Part shown: piece after piece, positions 31,311-42,797 of the stretch | Numbering within the stretch: the first letter of the stretch is position 1 | Layout of the letters: every line of letters starts with the position of its first letter | Sequence record: OL451225.1 | From: Escherichia phage P896 | Strand: one strand, 5' to 3' | Length of the DNA: 64,000 nt | The notes under the pieces: model-generated | What the model saw: only the letters and a program-made list of their open reading frames with translations | What the model was told of the DNA's origin: nothing | Databases searched by the model: none | Made by a program: the position numbers and the translations under genes

Positions 31311-31560
31311 AGAGCTCCACAGCTTCGGTTTTTTCATCTTCAAAACGCTCACGAGTACCTTTATGATACAGACCGAGCTGTGTATTGAACATCTTACCGT
31401 CAACGCCTAATTCAGTTTTTGCCTTATCTTTAAGGTCTTTAATTTCGTCTGCATATGCTTCCATTTTTAATTTGGTATCGGAAGCAGCTTTAATCAGCTT
31501 GGCCAGTTCAGCACCATGAGTATCAGGACAAAATTCAACTTTCACTTTTTTCTCTTTCAT
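31291..31560 (-). CDS. dsbA: dsDNA-binding protein DsbA
   Basis: 89 aa, same as T4 DsbA; position between rnh and 33. Confidence 0.7.
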   Translation of the reverse strand: MKEKKVKVEFCPDTHGAELAKLIKAASDTKLKMEAYADEIKDLKDKAKTELGVDGKMFNTQLGLYHKGTRERFEDEKTEAVELYDVLFS

Positions 31561-31568
31561 AATATACC

Positions 31569-32513
31569 TTAATAAAATTCGGCAATGTTTGCAGTTAGTT
31601 TAGACAGACCAGACTTAACAAAGTAAGGATAAACTTTACTTTTGGCTGGGATAACGTAGTTATTATATCGTTCTAAGATTGAAGCGGATATTTCCGTTGG
31701 GATAAAGTCCATATCAATCAGCAATTGGTTTTCACAGAATCTATTATATTGCTCTTCTGTTAAAAGCGTTTTCAGCACGTCATGGTCGTAATAGTTGAGC
31801 GCAATTTGTTCAAGTTCAGCAGCGCGGGTCGGTGGAGTGCGTTCACCTTCTTCGTGAGTGTAATAAAAATCACCACGAACCTTGATGCTTGACACGTTAT
31901 CTTTTTTGTCACCTTTAACAACCTTTGTCACGCAATCCATAAGGGCATCGCCTGATTTAGTTTTGACATATTTTTTCTGCATCGGGGACCATTGTTTCAC
32001 CCCAGGGAATTTATGCAACTGGGTAAAGTCGCCATCTGAAGAAACAACCATAATCGGATGGCCGAGACCAGTGAGCAATTTTGTTAATACTGCAATATGG
32101 TCATCAGCCTCGACTTTATCTATATTCATCACGATGTAAGGCATATGTTTTTCCATTTCATCGATGATGATGTGCATAGCAGCATGTAGACCTTCCCAAT
32201 CAAATTGAGACTCTTCACGAGCTTTCGCACGGTTTTTCTTATAATAATAAGATTTTGTGCGGCGCCAATAGCCATTCTTCGAGTTATCAACACAAATAAT
32301 TGGAATTGTATAACCAAGCTTCTTGAACTGCACAATATTTTTTCGGATAGAGTTCAGAACCAGATGTCTAGTCATTGCAGTTGTTACCTTCGGAAAGCCT
32401 GCGTCTTTGCCGAATTCCTGGAAGGCGGCTGCCATAATAAGCTGGCTAAAATCGAGTAACAGAAAACCATCTTTTTGACGGTCTTCTTCGGGGAGTAAAA
32501 AATCTAAATTCAT
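31569..32513 (-). CDS. rnh: RNase H (FEN-1 family 5'-3' exonuclease)
   Basis: 314 aa; conserved blocks shared with T4 RNase H (...LNSI..N.....LGYT......DN...GYWRR...YYYKKNR.KAREES..DWEG..., ...ADDHIAVL..., ...SSDGDFTQLHK.P.VKQWSPM.KK.VK.KSG...). Confidence 0.9.
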   Translation of the reverse strand: MNLDFLLPEEDRQKDGFLLLDFSQLIMAAAFQEFGKDAGFPKVTTAMTRHLVLNSIRKNIVQFKKLGYTIPIICVDNSKNGYWRRTKSYYYKKNRAKAREESQFDWEGLHAAMHIIIDEMEKHMPYIVMNIDKVEADDHIAVLTKLLTGLGHPIMVVSSDGDFTQLHKFPGVKQWSPMQKKYVKTKSGDALMDCVTKVVKGDKKDNVSSIKVRGDFYYTHEEGERTPPTRAAELEQIALNYYDHDVLKTLLTEEQYNRFCENQLLIDMDFIPTEISASILERYNNYVIPAKSKVYPYFVKSGLSKLTANIAEFY

Positions 32514-32569
32514 ATGAACCTCTGTTCAATTAGTTGACTCGATTATATTAGCATAAAATTTTTAAAGCA

Positions 32570-32577
32570 ATATAAAT
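32570..32577 (+). promoter_or_regulatory. T4 late promoter (TATAAATA) for gene 34
   Basis: Exact TATAAATA 31 nt upstream of the gene 34 ATG, in the divergent rnh/34 intergenic region. Confidence 0.7.
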
Positions 32578-32608
32578 ACACGTATACCAATCAATAAGGA
32601 TAAAGCAC

Positions 32609-35600
32609 ATGGCCGATATTTTAAAACCAGCATTCAGAGCAACATCCGGTCTCGATGCTGCTGGTGAGAAAGTCATTAATGTCGCGAAAGCTGATTACTC
32701 AGTTTTATCAGACGGCGTTAACGTAGATTTCTTTATAGAAGAAAACACAGTTCAACAATATGATGCGACACGAGGATACAAAAAGAACTTTGCAGTTATT
32801 AACGATAACCGTATTTGGGTTGCTCAACGTGATATCGCGGCTCCGGCAGGGACATTTACCCCTCAGTATTGGTTAGCAACCCGTACTGACCCGAAATGGG
32901 AAACTGTTGCATCTCCAACTCGTCAGCTTAGCTCGGGTGAATTTATCGCGGTCGACTCAGCTGCAAGCTTTACCACATTTACATTGCCTCCGAACCCGAC
33001 TGATGGTGATACCATCGTTATTAAAGATATCGGTGGCAATACCGGTTATAATGAAATCAAAGTTCAATCGAGCAATGTACCTGGTCAAGGTAACCAAAAG
33101 ATTGTTCGTTTCGGTAACCAATTTACTGAAATATTAATCAGTAAGCCGTTCTCTTACAACATGCTTATTTTCTCCAACCGCTTATGGCAGTTCTGGGAAG
33201 CAGGTAACGAAGAACGCGGAATAAGAATTGAACCAAGCTCTGGCAAATATCGAACTCAAGCATCAGATTTTATTATGCGTCATTATACGACTGCAGAAAA
33301 AATTACATTTATTCTTCCTAAGTATGCTAACCAAGGTGATATTATTAAATCTGTTGATATAGATGGATTAGGCCCATTATATCACCTGGATGTTGAAACG
33401 TTTGACGAGTCAAGTTCTCTGGGTAAACAAGGCCAACACAGTATGGAATTCCGTACTACTGGTGATGGTTTCTTCGTTTATAATGCCACCGAAAAATTGT
33501 GGGTGACCTGGGACGGTGATAATAAAACTCGTTTGCGTGTAATTCGTGACAATGTGAAATTGTTACCAAACGAAAGTATCATCGTGTTCGGTAATGATAA
33601 CAACACTGCGCAGACAATTAACATCGACCTTCCGACGGGTGTTCGTCCAGGTGATGTTGTTAAGATTGCTCTGAACTATCTCCGTAAGGCACAGACTGTT
33701 AATATTAAAGCTTCGGGTACTGATAAAATTGCATCTTCTGTTCAGTTGCTTCAGTTCCCGAAACGTTCGGAATATCCGCCGGATACTGAATGGGTACTGG
33801 TTGACTCTTTGACTTTCAATGGTAACATAAGTTATACTCCGGTTATTGAATTAAGTTACATGGAAGATACAGATAAAGGAATTAACTATTGGGTTGTTGC
33901 TCAGAACGTTCCGACTGTTGAGCGTGTTGACTCGAAGGATGATTTGACCCGTGCTCGCCTGGGTGTTATTGCATTGGCTAACCAGGCTCAGGCTAACGTT
34001 GACCATGAAAATAACCCTGAAAAAGAATTAGCAATTACTCCGCAGACTTTAGCTAACCGTGTGGCTACTGAATCACGTCGTGGTATTGCACGAATTGCTA
34101 ACACTGCCCAGGTAAACCAGGATACGACTTTTGCTTTCCAGGATGATATTATTATCTCTCCGAAAAAGTTAAACGAACGTACAGCTACTGAAACAAGACG
34201 TGGGCTTGCAGAAATCGCCACACAGCAAGAAACTGATGCAGGCACAGATGATACTACCATCATCACTCCACGTAAGCTACAAGCTCGTCAGGGCTCAGAA
34301 AGCCTATCTGGTATCGTTAAGTATGTTCCTACTACCGGGACTACTCCAGCAGCAAGCCGTATAACTGTTGGGACCAACGTTTATAATAAAAATACAACTA
34401 CTCTGGTAATTTCTCCGAAAGCTTTGGACCAATATAAAGCTGACCAGAACAACCAAGGTGCTGTATATTTGGCCACACAGTCAGAAGTTAACGCGGGGGC
34501 AACAAATACAGGATTCAGTAACTCGGTCGTGACTCCGGAAACATTAGGTGCACGCAGAGCAACAGATTCAAACCATGGTTTAATCGAGATTGCAACTCAG
34601 GCTGAAACTAATGCCGGAACCGATTATACCAGAGCTGTGACTCCTAAAACGTTGAATGACCGTAAAGCATCAGAATCATTATCCGGCATAGCCGAGATTG
34701 CTACGCAATCAGAATTTGATACTGGCACGGATGATACTCGTATCGCAACGCCATTAAAAATTAAAACTAGACTTAATAATACTGCTCGTACTTCTGTTAT
34801 TGCAGCAAGTGGTTTAGTAGAAACAGGGACGCTCTGGGACCATTATACGCTGAATATTCTTGAAGCAAATGAGACTCAACGTGGCACTGCAAGACTGGCT
34901 ACTCAACTTGAAGTTAATACCGGTACTGACGATAAAACAATCGTTACTCCGCTTAAGTTGATGTCGAAAAAAGCCACAGAAAGTACAGAAGGTATTGTTC
35001 GCATCGCTACTCGTGCAGAAACTATCACAGGAACAAGTTCGATTCTTGCTGTTTCTCCGGTTAGTCTGAAATGGATTGCACAGTCCGAACCAACATGGGC
35101 AGCAACCACGACGACCCGCGGTTTTGCTAAGATGTCCGAAGGCGCAATTACTTTTGTCGGTAATGCAACTGCAGGTTCGACCCAGGCTCTTGACCTGTAC
35201 GAGAAAAATAGCTATGCTATCTCTCCGTACGAGTTAAACAAAACTCTTGGTAACTTCCTGCCGCGGCTGGCTAAAGCAGCAGACTCGGATAAACTGGATA
35301 ACCTGGATAGCACGCAGTTTATTCGTCGTGATGTAGCACAAGATATTAATGCTAATATGACATTCAAACAGCCTGTTAGAATTGAAAGTACTTTAACAGT
35401 TACCGGCGTAGTTAATTTGAGTGGTTCTGTTACTTCAAATAATACTACATTAACCGGTGCTACTGCAATCAATAGCAATTCTACTGTAGGTGCTTTGAAT
35501 TACATTGAGTTCACTTCAGAATCTCAAGGTGCGGGTACTTGGAACTCTCAACATGATAGTAATGTTAAAGCTCCTGTATTTTTAAATATAACTACTCCGT

Positions 35601-36484
35601 CTGGCTCATCTAAATACGTTCCTTTAATTAAGCAACGTTATAAAGATGGGACATTTACCTTTGGTACATTGATAAATGAACCTACCTCAAATGATGAAGG
35701 TGCTTTTGTTCTTCATTATATAGATGCAGTAAAAACCCAGCGTAAATGGACCTTTAGACGGAATGGTGATTTAGAAATAACTGCAGGTAATTTCGTTATT
35801 GGTAATGGGTCTGCTGTAATTAATGGTGGTCTTAATGTTACTAAAGCTTCTGGTATTACAACCACTGGGCTAGTTGCCAATAGTGAATCCAGATTCGAAG
35901 GTGCTGTTGCTATTAACAACTTCCTTACGGTAAGCAACAAAGCTACACTTAACAACGGCTTAGCTGTTCAGAAATATGCAAGGGTTACAGGCGATAAGAC
36001 TTCTGACATCTATAACAGAAAACCTACAATGGATACTGTCGGCTTCTGGTCCGTTGATATCGATGACCCTGCTACATATAATCAGTTCCCGGGCTATTTC
36101 AAAATGGTCGAAAAGACTAACGAAGTAACTGGTCTGCCTTATTTGGAGCGTGGTGAAGAAGTTAAATCACCTGGCACATTGACTCAGTTTGGCAACACGC
36201 TGAATTCACTCTATCAAGACTGGATTACTTATCCGAATACTGCTAATGCCAGCACCACTCGTTGGACTCGTACATGGCAGCAGAACAAAAACGCGTGGTC
36301 TGGTTTTGTTCAGGTCTTTGATGGAGGTAACCCACCTCAGCCGTCGGATATTGGTGCATTGCCTGCTGATAACGCTTCGATGAGTAACCTGACTATCAGG
36401 GATTGGTTAAGAATCGGTAACGTACGTATTGTTCCGGACCCAGTAACCAAATCCGTTAAATTCGAATGGATTGATACACCATAA
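32609..36484 (+). CDS. 34: Long tail fiber proximal subunit gp34
   Basis: 1291 aa (T4 is 1289 aa); repeated ...ATQ.E.N.GTD.T...TP..L... fiber repeats; first gene of the 34-35-36-37-38 cluster. Confidence 0.9.
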   Translation: MADILKPAFRATSGLDAAGEKVINVAKADYSVLSDGVNVDFFIEENTVQQYDATRGYKKNFAVINDNRIWVAQRDIAAPAGTFTPQYWLATRTDPKWETVASPTRQLSSGEFIAVDSAASFTTFTLPPNPTDGDTIVIKDIGGNTGYNEIKVQSSNVPGQGNQKIVRFGNQFTEILISKPFSYNMLIFSNRLWQFWEAGNEERGIRIEPSSGKYRTQASDFIMRHYTTAEKITFILPKYANQGDIIKSVDIDGLGPLYHLDVETFDESSSLGKQGQHSMEFRTTGDGFFVYNATEKLWVTWDGDNKTRLRVIRDNVKLLPNESIIVFGNDNNTAQTINIDLPTGVRPGDVVKIALNYLRKAQTVNIKASGTDKIASSVQLLQFPKRSEYPPDTEWVLVDSLTFNGNISYTPVIELSYMEDTDKGINYWVVAQNVPTVERVDSKDDLTRARLGVIALANQAQANVDHENNPEKELAITPQTLANRVATESRRGIARIANTAQVNQDTTFAFQDDIIISPKKLNERTATETRRGLAEIATQQETDAGTDDTTIITPRKLQARQGSESLSGIVKYVPTTGTTPAASRITVGTNVYNKNTTTLVISPKALDQYKADQNNQGAVYLATQSEVNAGATNTGFSNSVVTPETLGARRATDSNHGLIEIATQAETNAGTDYTRAVTPKTLNDRKASESLSGIAEIATQSEFDTGTDDTRIATPLKIKTRLNNTARTSVIAASGLVETGTLWDHYTLNILEANETQRGTARLATQLEVNTGTDDKTIVTPLKLMSKKATESTEGIVRIATRAETITGTSSILAVSPVSLKWIAQSEPTWAATTTTRGFAKMSEGAITFVGNATAGSTQALDLYEKNSYAISPYELNKTLGNFLPRLAKAADSDKLDNLDSTQFIRRDVAQDINANMTFKQPVRIESTLTVTGVVNLSGSVTSNNTTLTGATAINSNSTVGALNYIEFTSESQGAGTWNSQHDSNVKAPVFLNITTPSGSSKYVPLIKQRYKDGTFTFGTLINEPTSNDEGAFVLHYIDAVKTQRKWTFRRNGDLEITAGNFVIGNGSAVINGGLNVTKASGITTTGLVANSESRFEGAVAINNFLTVSNKATLNNGLAVQKYARVTGDKTSDIYNRKPTMDTVGFWSVDIDDPATYNQFPGYFKMVEKTNEVTGLPYLERGEEVKSPGTLTQFGNTLNSLYQDWITYPNTANASTTRWTRTWQQNKNAWSGFVQVFDGGNPPQPSDIGALPADNASMSNLTIRDWLRIGNVRIVPDPVTKSVKFEWIDTP

Positions 36485-36492
36485 GAGGTATT

Positions 36493-37629
36493 ATGGAAAG
36501 ATTTATGGCTGAATTTGGACAGGGATATGTCCAAGTTCCCGTGCTTTCTGAAAATAACGCAGTAAGATATAAATTGTCGATTGCTGGGACTTGTACCAAA
36601 TCGCCAAACTATCCCTACGTTAAGTTTCAAGATGAGGCCTTCGGGCCTCAGAACTTCCAGAATGGATTAAACCTTATTGAGATTGACCCTGTAACAAATA
36701 CAATCACTGCAACCAAAAGTTATGGCTTCACAAAAGACTACGATGTTATTTCGCAGGCTTTTGTGGCTTATATTAATTCCATCCCGGCGGGTAGGATTGT
36801 TTGTTTGATATCACAGGGGAAATTGAATGCTTCTCAAACTTTAATTGATTGGTTCAGAACACACGGCTCGACTGCATTCCCGGATAAGTGGCTGATTGAC
36901 CAAGTTGATACTTCATATTCGGCATTTTATATAACTGGTCGAAATGCAATCGTTAAAGAGCATGTGTTGTATAATGACGGGAAAACTGTTGAGGATGTAT
37001 TGACTCCATTGGAAATGGTGTATGACAACTTTGCTGATGTGGGCGGCACAGGGTTCCCTCTGCGCATCGTGGAAGACGAAAACACATATTACAGTAATAG
37101 TACACAAGAAATAAAACGTTTCCCCACAGACTCTCCTATCACTCCTGCGGCCGATTATAATATGGCCCCTGGTGATACTTTTTACCTGAAGTTTCAGCTG
37201 ACATATGACCAGGCACTTAAAGACCTTGGAACAACTCAGATGTCTGTTCGATTCTTTAATGGTCAGACGATGATTCAGTCAAACGATTATGATATCCCAT
37301 CTTCAGGACAAGCAAGCCCACCGGCTGGTGCATGGATGACGTTTGAACGTTATGTAGTTGTTCCACCGAATGCTGATGGATTTACACTGTACGCAAGGAA
37401 GACTGTTACTGCTGGACAAGGTGGAGTAAGGAATATTTTCTTTACAGAAATCGCGCGACAAGAAACACAAGCTAAATCCGCGGAAATCGGTGTCAACGGT
37501 ATAAGAATGGTTGTAGCTGGAGAACCAGGAAATCTTGGTAATGTCATTGCACAATTGAATGATAAAAATGCAACTAAAGCAAGTCAGTCTGGATTTGTAT
37601 TTGCCGCAGAATTCCGTGAAAAAGAATAA
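36493..37629 (+). CDS. 35: Long tail fiber hinge connector gp35
   Basis: 378 aa (T4 is 372 aa); position between 34 and 36. Confidence 0.85.
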   Translation: MERFMAEFGQGYVQVPVLSENNAVRYKLSIAGTCTKSPNYPYVKFQDEAFGPQNFQNGLNLIEIDPVTNTITATKSYGFTKDYDVISQAFVAYINSIPAGRIVCLISQGKLNASQTLIDWFRTHGSTAFPDKWLIDQVDTSYSAFYITGRNAIVKEHVLYNDGKTVEDVLTPLEMVYDNFADVGGTGFPLRIVEDENTYYSNSTQEIKRFPTDSPITPAADYNMAPGDTFYLKFQLTYDQALKDLGTTQMSVRFFNGQTMIQSNDYDIPSSGQASPPAGAWMTFERYVVVPPNADGFTLYARKTVTAGQGGVRNIFFTEIARQETQAKSAEIGVNGIRMVVAGEPGNLGNVIAQLNDKNATKASQSGFVFAAEFREKE

Positions 37630-37650
37630 GGACCTTCGGGTCCTTTTTTC
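37629..37650 (+). terminator. Intrinsic terminator after gene 35
   Basis: AGGACC-TTCG-GGTCCT hairpin followed by TTTTTTCATT. Confidence 0.65.
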
Positions 37651-37652
37651 AT

Positions 37653-37660
37653 TATAAATA
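37653..37660 (+). promoter_or_regulatory. T4 late promoter (TATAAATA) for gene 36
   Basis: Exact TATAAATA about 25 nt upstream of the gene 36 ATG. Confidence 0.7.
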
Positions 37661-37685
37661 CTCTTATCTAATAAAGGGGAATAAT

Positions 37686-38333
37686 ATGGCCGATTTAAGA
37701 GTAGGCTCAACGACTGGAGGCTCAGTTATCTGGCACCAGGGTAACTTTCCGTTGACGCCAGTAAGCAATGATTTATTTTACAAAACATATAAAGTATATA
37801 CAGAATTCAATAAACCACAGGCAGCAGATAACGACTTTGTTTCAAAGGCTCTTGGTGGTAATTATAAAGCAAACGTATATTTCGAGCAAGGTCTGACCTT
37901 TAACGATACAAATGGTTATGGCATTAAACTCGGAGCAAGAACTGGTGGTGCACCATTTACGGCTTCATTCCGTATAAAAGGTCCGTTTGGTTTCGAAACC
38001 GAAACAGGCACGCCATTTATTATTTTTGACCCTGATACTACAACCGGAGCCAAAAGATTCACGGTTATGGGTGATACGCTGGCTCGTCAAGTTTATGATG
38101 ATTCGGGTCGTGTATTTTCCCCAGGGAATACTCCGTCAAAAGCACAAGTTGGATTAAGTGATGTGGATAACGCAAAACAGGTCCAAATAAATAATAGTAA
38201 CATACAATCTATGGCTGGCGTTCTTTCAGCCCCCAATTTTATATCTAGGAGCCCAGGTACATTGAACGAACACGTTCCTCGTATTGACCAGGTTGTTCTT
38301 AGAGGTACATCTGAAGATTTTGGATATTATTAA
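37686..38333 (+). CDS. 36: Long tail fiber distal connector gp36
   Basis: 215 aa (T4 is 221 aa); position between 35 and 37. Confidence 0.85.
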   Translation: MADLRVGSTTGGSVIWHQGNFPLTPVSNDLFYKTYKVYTEFNKPQAADNDFVSKALGGNYKANVYFEQGLTFNDTNGYGIKLGARTGGAPFTASFRIKGPFGFETETGTPFIIFDPDTTTGAKRFTVMGDTLARQVYDDSGRVFSPGNTPSKAQVGLSDVDNAKQVQINNSNIQSMAGVLSAPNFISRSPGTLNEHVPRIDQVVLRGTSEDFGYY

Positions 38334-38341
38334 GAGGCATT

Positions 38342-41300
38342 ATGGCTACTTTAAAATCGATACAATTTAAAAGAAGTAAAACACCAGGAGCCAAGCCTAC
38401 TGCAGCTCAGTTAGATGAAGGCGAACTGGCTATTAACTTGCGTGACCGTACTATTTTTACCAAGTCAGACCAGGGACAGATTATTGATTTAGGCTTTGCT
38501 AAAGGTGGTACTATTGATGGTGATGTGACTATTAATGGTAAATTTACTTTAAATGGTGCGCATGTTCAGACATTAGGTGGTATTAATACTACTGGCGGAA
38601 TTTATTCCGGCGCGGATGTGAGTGCATTGATTTATCGTGCTCGAAATGGTTCGTTTTATTCTAGAGCGTCGAATGATACTTCTAATGCTCATTTGTGGTT
38701 TGAAAATACCAACGGTTCTGAACGCGGTGTTTTATATGCCAAACCCCAGCTTGAAAATGAAGGCGTAATTACCATGCGCGTTCGCCAGGGTACTGCTGCC
38801 GGTGCGCAAAATTCAGAGTTCCATTTTATTTCTAATGATGGTGGTATTTTCCAGGCACGCAAATTAACTGCTTTAACTTCTATTAGTACACCAACTATTA
38901 GTGTTAATTTAATTAATCATGATTCAAAAACATTTGGACAATACGACAGTCAATCTTTAGTTAACTACGTATATCCAGGCACCGGCGAAACAAATGGTGT
39001 AAACTATCTTCGTAAAGTTCGAGCTAAATCAGGCGGAACCATTTATCATGAAATTTGTACGGCTCAAACAGATCAGGCAGATGAGGTTTCTTGGTGGTCC
39101 GGTAATACACCATCATTTAAATTATATGGTATTCGTAATGACGGCCGAATGATCGTCCGCAATAGCGTAGCCATCGGGACCGTGACTGCAGGATACCCGT
39201 CAAGCGACTATGGTAATGGTGCCGCTTTAGGATTCGGTGTTTATTTAGCTCTAGGCGATAACGGGACGGGGCTGTCATACAAAAAAACCGGTGTATTTGA
39301 TTTAGTTGGTTCAGGGAATTCTGTCGCATCTATTACTCCAGATAGTTTCCGTAGTACTCGTAAAGGTATATTTGGTTGTTCAGAAGACCAAGGCACCACA
39401 TGGATTATGCCTGGCACTAATGCCGCTTTCTTGTCTGTTCAAACACAAGCTGATAATAACAATGCTGGAGACGGACAAACTCATATTGGATACAATGCTG
39501 GCGGTAAAATGAGTCATTATTTCCGCGGTAAAGGCAAAACTAATATTAATACTCAGGAAGGTGTAGACGTTAACCCTGGTATATTGAAGTTAACCACCGG
39601 CAGTGAAAGTATTAGCTTTAATGCCGCAACTGGAAGTATTAATTCTACATTAGCTTTTCGTCTTAATAAAGGCATAATTATTGACGGACCTGATAATCAG
39701 GGATTCCAGTTTAACGCCCCGACGGCCGCAGATGGTACTAGAAGTATATACTGGAATAGTGGTACTCTCGCAGGTCAAAACAAAAACCCTGTTACAGTTA
39801 AAGTGTGGGGTAATTCATTTAACGCATCTGGTGATCGTAATCGTGAAACCGTTTTTGAAGTAGCTGATGGGCAAGGTTATTATTTTTACGCTCAACGTAC
39901 TAATCCTGCATCAGGTCAAACGGTAGGTCCGGTCAACTTTAAATTTAACGGAACTGTCGAAACAGGTCATATCATAGGCCTTGGAAATATAAGTGCCTCC
40001 GGTACAGGTTCTTTCGGTGGCAATGTTACCATGTCTAATGGTTTGTTTGTCCAAGGTGGTTCTTCTATTACTGGACAAGTTAAAATCGGCGGAACAGCAG
40101 ATGCATTAAGAATTTGGAATGCTGAATATGGCGCTATTTTCCGTCGTTCAGAAAGTAACTTTTATATTCTTCCAACCAATCAAAATGAAGGCGAAAGTGG
40201 AGACATTCACAGCTCTTTGAGACCTGTGAGAATAGGATTAAACGATGGCATGGTTGGGTTAGGAAGAGATTCTTTTATAGTAGATCAAAATAACGCTTTA
40301 ACTACAATAAACAGTAACTCTCGCATTAATGCCAACTTTAAAATGCAATTGGGACAGTCGACATACATTTATGCAGAATGTACTGATGCTGTTCGTCCAG
40401 CAGGGTGTGGTTCCTTTGCATCACAGAATAATGAAAACGTCCGTGCTCCGATTTATATGAATATAGAGCGTACTGCTACTTCTGAATATATTCCTATTGT
40501 TAAACAGCGGTATGTTAAGGGTAACGGTTGCTATTCATTAGGGACTTTAATTAATAATGGTAACTTTAGAGTTCATTATCATGGTGGCGGAGATAATGGT
40601 TCAACAGGACCACAGACAGCTGATTTTGGATGGGAATTTATTAAAAACGGTGATTTTATTTCTCCTGGTAGAATTATTGCCGGTGCTGCTATTCTTGGCA
40701 CTGATGGTAATATCACCGGTGGCTCTGGTAACTTTGCTAACTTAAACAGTACAATTGAATCACTTAAAACTGATATTGTTTCAAGTTATCCTATTGGAGC
40801 CCCAATTCCATGGCCAACGGATACTCCTCCTAATGGTTATGCTTTGATGGAAGGTCAGACCTTTGATACTGCAGCTTATCCTAAGCTCGCTATCGCATAT
40901 CCTACAGGTACTATTCCGGATATGCGTGGACAAACTATCAAGGGTAAGCCAAGTGGGCGTGCTGTGTTGAGTGCAGAAGCTGATGGTATTAAGTCCCATA
41001 CCCATGGTGCATCTGCTTCGAGTACTGACTTGGGCACTAAAACCACATCAAGCTTTGATTATGGCACTAAAACATCTTCAAGCTTTGATTATGGTACTAA
41101 AACTACCAACACCACAGGTAACCATAACCATAGTGTTAGTGGTAATACCAACACCACAGGTAACCATAGCCATAGAGATGGACGTCGATTTAACCCCAGT
41201 ATTTTTAAAGATACTTATCAATATGGTTATACAAGCTCAGGTCAAAATAACTGGGGTGTACAAGGCTCAGTAGGTATGTCTATGGGGTGGTTAGCGAATA

Positions 41301-41530
41301 CCAGTACAGATGGTAATCATAGCCACTCGTTCTCGGCTACTACTAACACAACAGGTAACCACGCTCATACTGTTGGTATCGGTGCCCATACTCACACTGT
41401 AGGTATCGGCGCTCACACTCACACGGTAGCGATTGGTTCACATGGACACTCTGTTACCATTAACAGCACCGGTAATACAGAAAACACGGTTAAAAACATT
41501 GCTTTTAACTATATCGTTCGTTTAGCATAA
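38342..41530 (+). CDS. 37: Long tail fiber distal subunit / receptor-binding protein gp37 (T4-type tip)
   Basis: 1062 aa; C-terminal His-x-His box repeats ([42 protein letters not shown]) and terminal ...[12 protein letters not shown] as in T4 gp37. Confidence 0.9.
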   Translation: MATLKSIQFKRSKTPGAKPTAAQLDEGELAINLRDRTIFTKSDQGQIIDLGFAKGGTIDGDVTINGKFTLNGAHVQTLGGINTTGGIYSGADVSALIYRARNGSFYSRASNDTSNAHLWFENTNGSERGVLYAKPQLENEGVITMRVRQGTAAGAQNSEFHFISNDGGIFQARKLTALTSISTPTISVNLINHDSKTFGQYDSQSLVNYVYPGTGETNGVNYLRKVRAKSGGTIYHEICTAQTDQADEVSWWSGNTPSFKLYGIRNDGRMIVRNSVAIGTVTAGYPSSDYGNGAALGFGVYLALGDNGTGLSYKKTGVFDLVGSGNSVASITPDSFRSTRKGIFGCSEDQGTTWIMPGTNAAFLSVQTQADNNNAGDGQTHIGYNAGGKMSHYFRGKGKTNINTQEGVDVNPGILKLTTGSESISFNAATGSINSTLAFRLNKGIIIDGPDNQGFQFNAPTAADGTRSIYWNSGTLAGQNKNPVTVKVWGNSFNASGDRNRETVFEVADGQGYYFYAQRTNPASGQTVGPVNFKFNGTVETGHIIGLGNISASGTGSFGGNVTMSNGLFVQGGSSITGQVKIGGTADALRIWNAEYGAIFRRSESNFYILPTNQNEGESGDIHSSLRPVRIGLNDGMVGLGRDSFIVDQNNALTTINSNSRINANFKMQLGQSTYIYAECTDAVRPAGCGSFASQNNENVRAPIYMNIERTATSEYIPIVKQRYVKGNGCYSLGTLINNGNFRVHYHGGGDNGSTGPQTADFGWEFIKNGDFISPGRIIAGAAILGTDGNITGGSGNFANLNSTIESLKTDIVSSYPIGAPIPWPTDTPPNGYALMEGQTFDTAAYPKLAIAYPTGTIPDMRGQTIKGKPSGRAVLSAEADGIKSHTHGASASSTDLGTKTTSSFDYGTKTSSSFDYGTKTTNTTGNHNHSVSGNTNTTGNHSHRDGRRFNPSIFKDTYQYGYTSSGQNNWGVQGSVGMSMGWLANTSTDGNHSHSFSATTNTTGNHAHTVGIGAHTHTVGIGAHTHTVAIGSHGHSVTINSTGNTENTVKNIAFNYIVRLA

Positions 41531-41534
41531 GGAG

Positions 41535-41550
41535 AGGGGCTTAGGCCCCT
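41535..41550 (+). promoter_or_regulatory. Hairpin between genes 37 and 38 (weak terminator or structure)
   Basis: AGGGGC-TTAG-GCCCCT stem-loop with a poor downstream T-run. Confidence 0.3.
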
Positions 41551-41557
41551 TCTGAAT

Positions 41558-42103
41558 ATGAAAATTTATCATTTTTATTTTGACACAAAAGAATTTTACA
41601 AAGAAGAAAATTATAAACCAGTTAAAGGCCTTGGTCTCCCGGCCCATTCAACAGCTAAAAAGCCTTTAGAACCTAAAGAAGGATATGCAGTTGTATTTGA
41701 TGAACGCATTCAAGATTGGATTTATGAAGAAGACCATCGAGGCAAACGTGCATGGACTTTTAATAAAGAAGAAATCTTAATAAATGACATAGGAAGCCCA
41801 GTCGGTATAACTTTCGATAAACCTGGCGAGTTTGATATATGGACAGATGATGGCTGGAAAGAAGATGAAACATATAAACGAGTGATGATTCGCAATCGAA
41901 AAATTGACGATTTGTATAAAGAATTCCAGGTATTAAGTAATATGGTTGAAGCCTCAGTCGCCGATAAGAAAGAAAAATTCTATCACCAGAATCTTAAACG
42001 TTTCTTTGCTCTTTTAGAAAAACACGAACACCTCGGTGGTGAATTCCCGGCTTGGCCAGAAAAAGAGAAAAAATCATTCTTCAAAAGATGGTTTAAAAAA
42101 TAG
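41558..42103 (+). CDS. 38: Tail fiber assembly chaperone gp38 (T4-type, not an adhesin)
   Basis: 181 aa; near-identical pattern to T4 gp38 (MKIYH.YFDTKEFYKEENYKPVKGLGLPAHST.KKPLEPKEGYAVVFDER.QDWIYEEDHRGKRAWTFNKEEI...). Confidence 0.9.
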   Translation: MKIYHFYFDTKEFYKEENYKPVKGLGLPAHSTAKKPLEPKEGYAVVFDERIQDWIYEEDHRGKRAWTFNKEEILINDIGSPVGITFDKPGEFDIWTDDGWKEDETYKRVMIRNRKIDDLYKEFQVLSNMVEASVADKKEKFYHQNLKRFFALLEKHEHLGGEFPAWPEKEKKSFFKRWFKK

Positions 42104-42117
42104 TAGCACAAAAGCAT

Positions 42118-42125
42118 TATAAATA
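42118..42125 (+). promoter_or_regulatory. T4 late promoter (TATAAATA) for holin t
   Basis: Exact TATAAATA about 18 nt upstream of the t ATG. Confidence 0.65.
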
Positions 42126-42143
42126 TCTTTAAAGGAGAAAAGT

Positions 42144-42797
42144 ATGGAACCAAAAGTAGGATTTTCATTATCAGACCTACTTTTTGGACTTCTTGATAGA
42201 ATTTTTAAAGATAATGCGACCGGGAAAGTTGTTTTTTCCCGGGTACTAGTTATTGTTCTATTATTTTTAATGGCGGTAATCTGGTATAAAGGTGATGCAA
42301 TTTTAGATGCGTACAGGGATGCTTCATATGCCTCGTACACAGAAATGATAAGGCAAGACCAGGATAACAGATTTAAAATTGCAGCTATCGAGCAAATCCA
42401 GATAGTTCACTCATCAAGCGGGGCTGACTTCACGGCGATATATTCTTTTAGACCAACTAACCTTAACTACTTTGTGGATATGGTAGGGTACGAGGGGATA
42501 TTACCTGAATCAGTTGATGAAAAAAATTTGGGTGGGTTTCCAATAGATAAGACTTCAGCAGAATATTTGGCGGGGGTTAATGGTAATTATTTTGAATCCA
42601 GTACGGAATCTGTATTCTTACCAACAAAGAAAAAAAGCAGCTTCGCATATATGTTTAGCTGCCCATTCTTTAATTTGGAAAACGTTTATGCAGGTACAGT
42701 CTCGCTGTACTGGTATAAGCAAAAACCTATCCTTGGTTTTGATAGGCTTTCTGCTATGTGTGGACAAGCAGGTCGTACGCTTGGGCGTACACGTTAG
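42144..42797 (+). CDS. t: Holin T
   Basis: 217 aa; T4 holin pattern (...SDLLFG.LDR.FKDNATGKV..SRV.V..LLF.MA..WY.GD..., ...LGGFP.DKT..EY...NG..., ...YMFSCPFFNL.N.YAGT...YWY...). Confidence 0.9.
   Translation: MEPKVGFSLSDLLFGLLDRIFKDNATGKVVFSRVLVIVLLFLMAVIWYKGDAILDAYRDASYASYTEMIRQDQDNRFKIAAIEQIQIVHSSSGADFTAIYSFRPTNLNYFVDMVGYEGILPESVDEKNLGGFPIDKTSAEYLAGVNGNYFESSTESVFLPTKKKSSFAYMFSCPFFNLENVYAGTVSLYWYKQKPILGFDRLSAMCGQAGRTLGRTR

Noticed and set aside
41030-41470. Short direct repeats (TNTTGNH... / GIGAHTHTV...) that could suggest a tandem-repeat or CRISPR-like array
   Set aside because: They are in frame within gp37 and encode the His-box repeats of the fibre tip; no spacer-repeat architecture.
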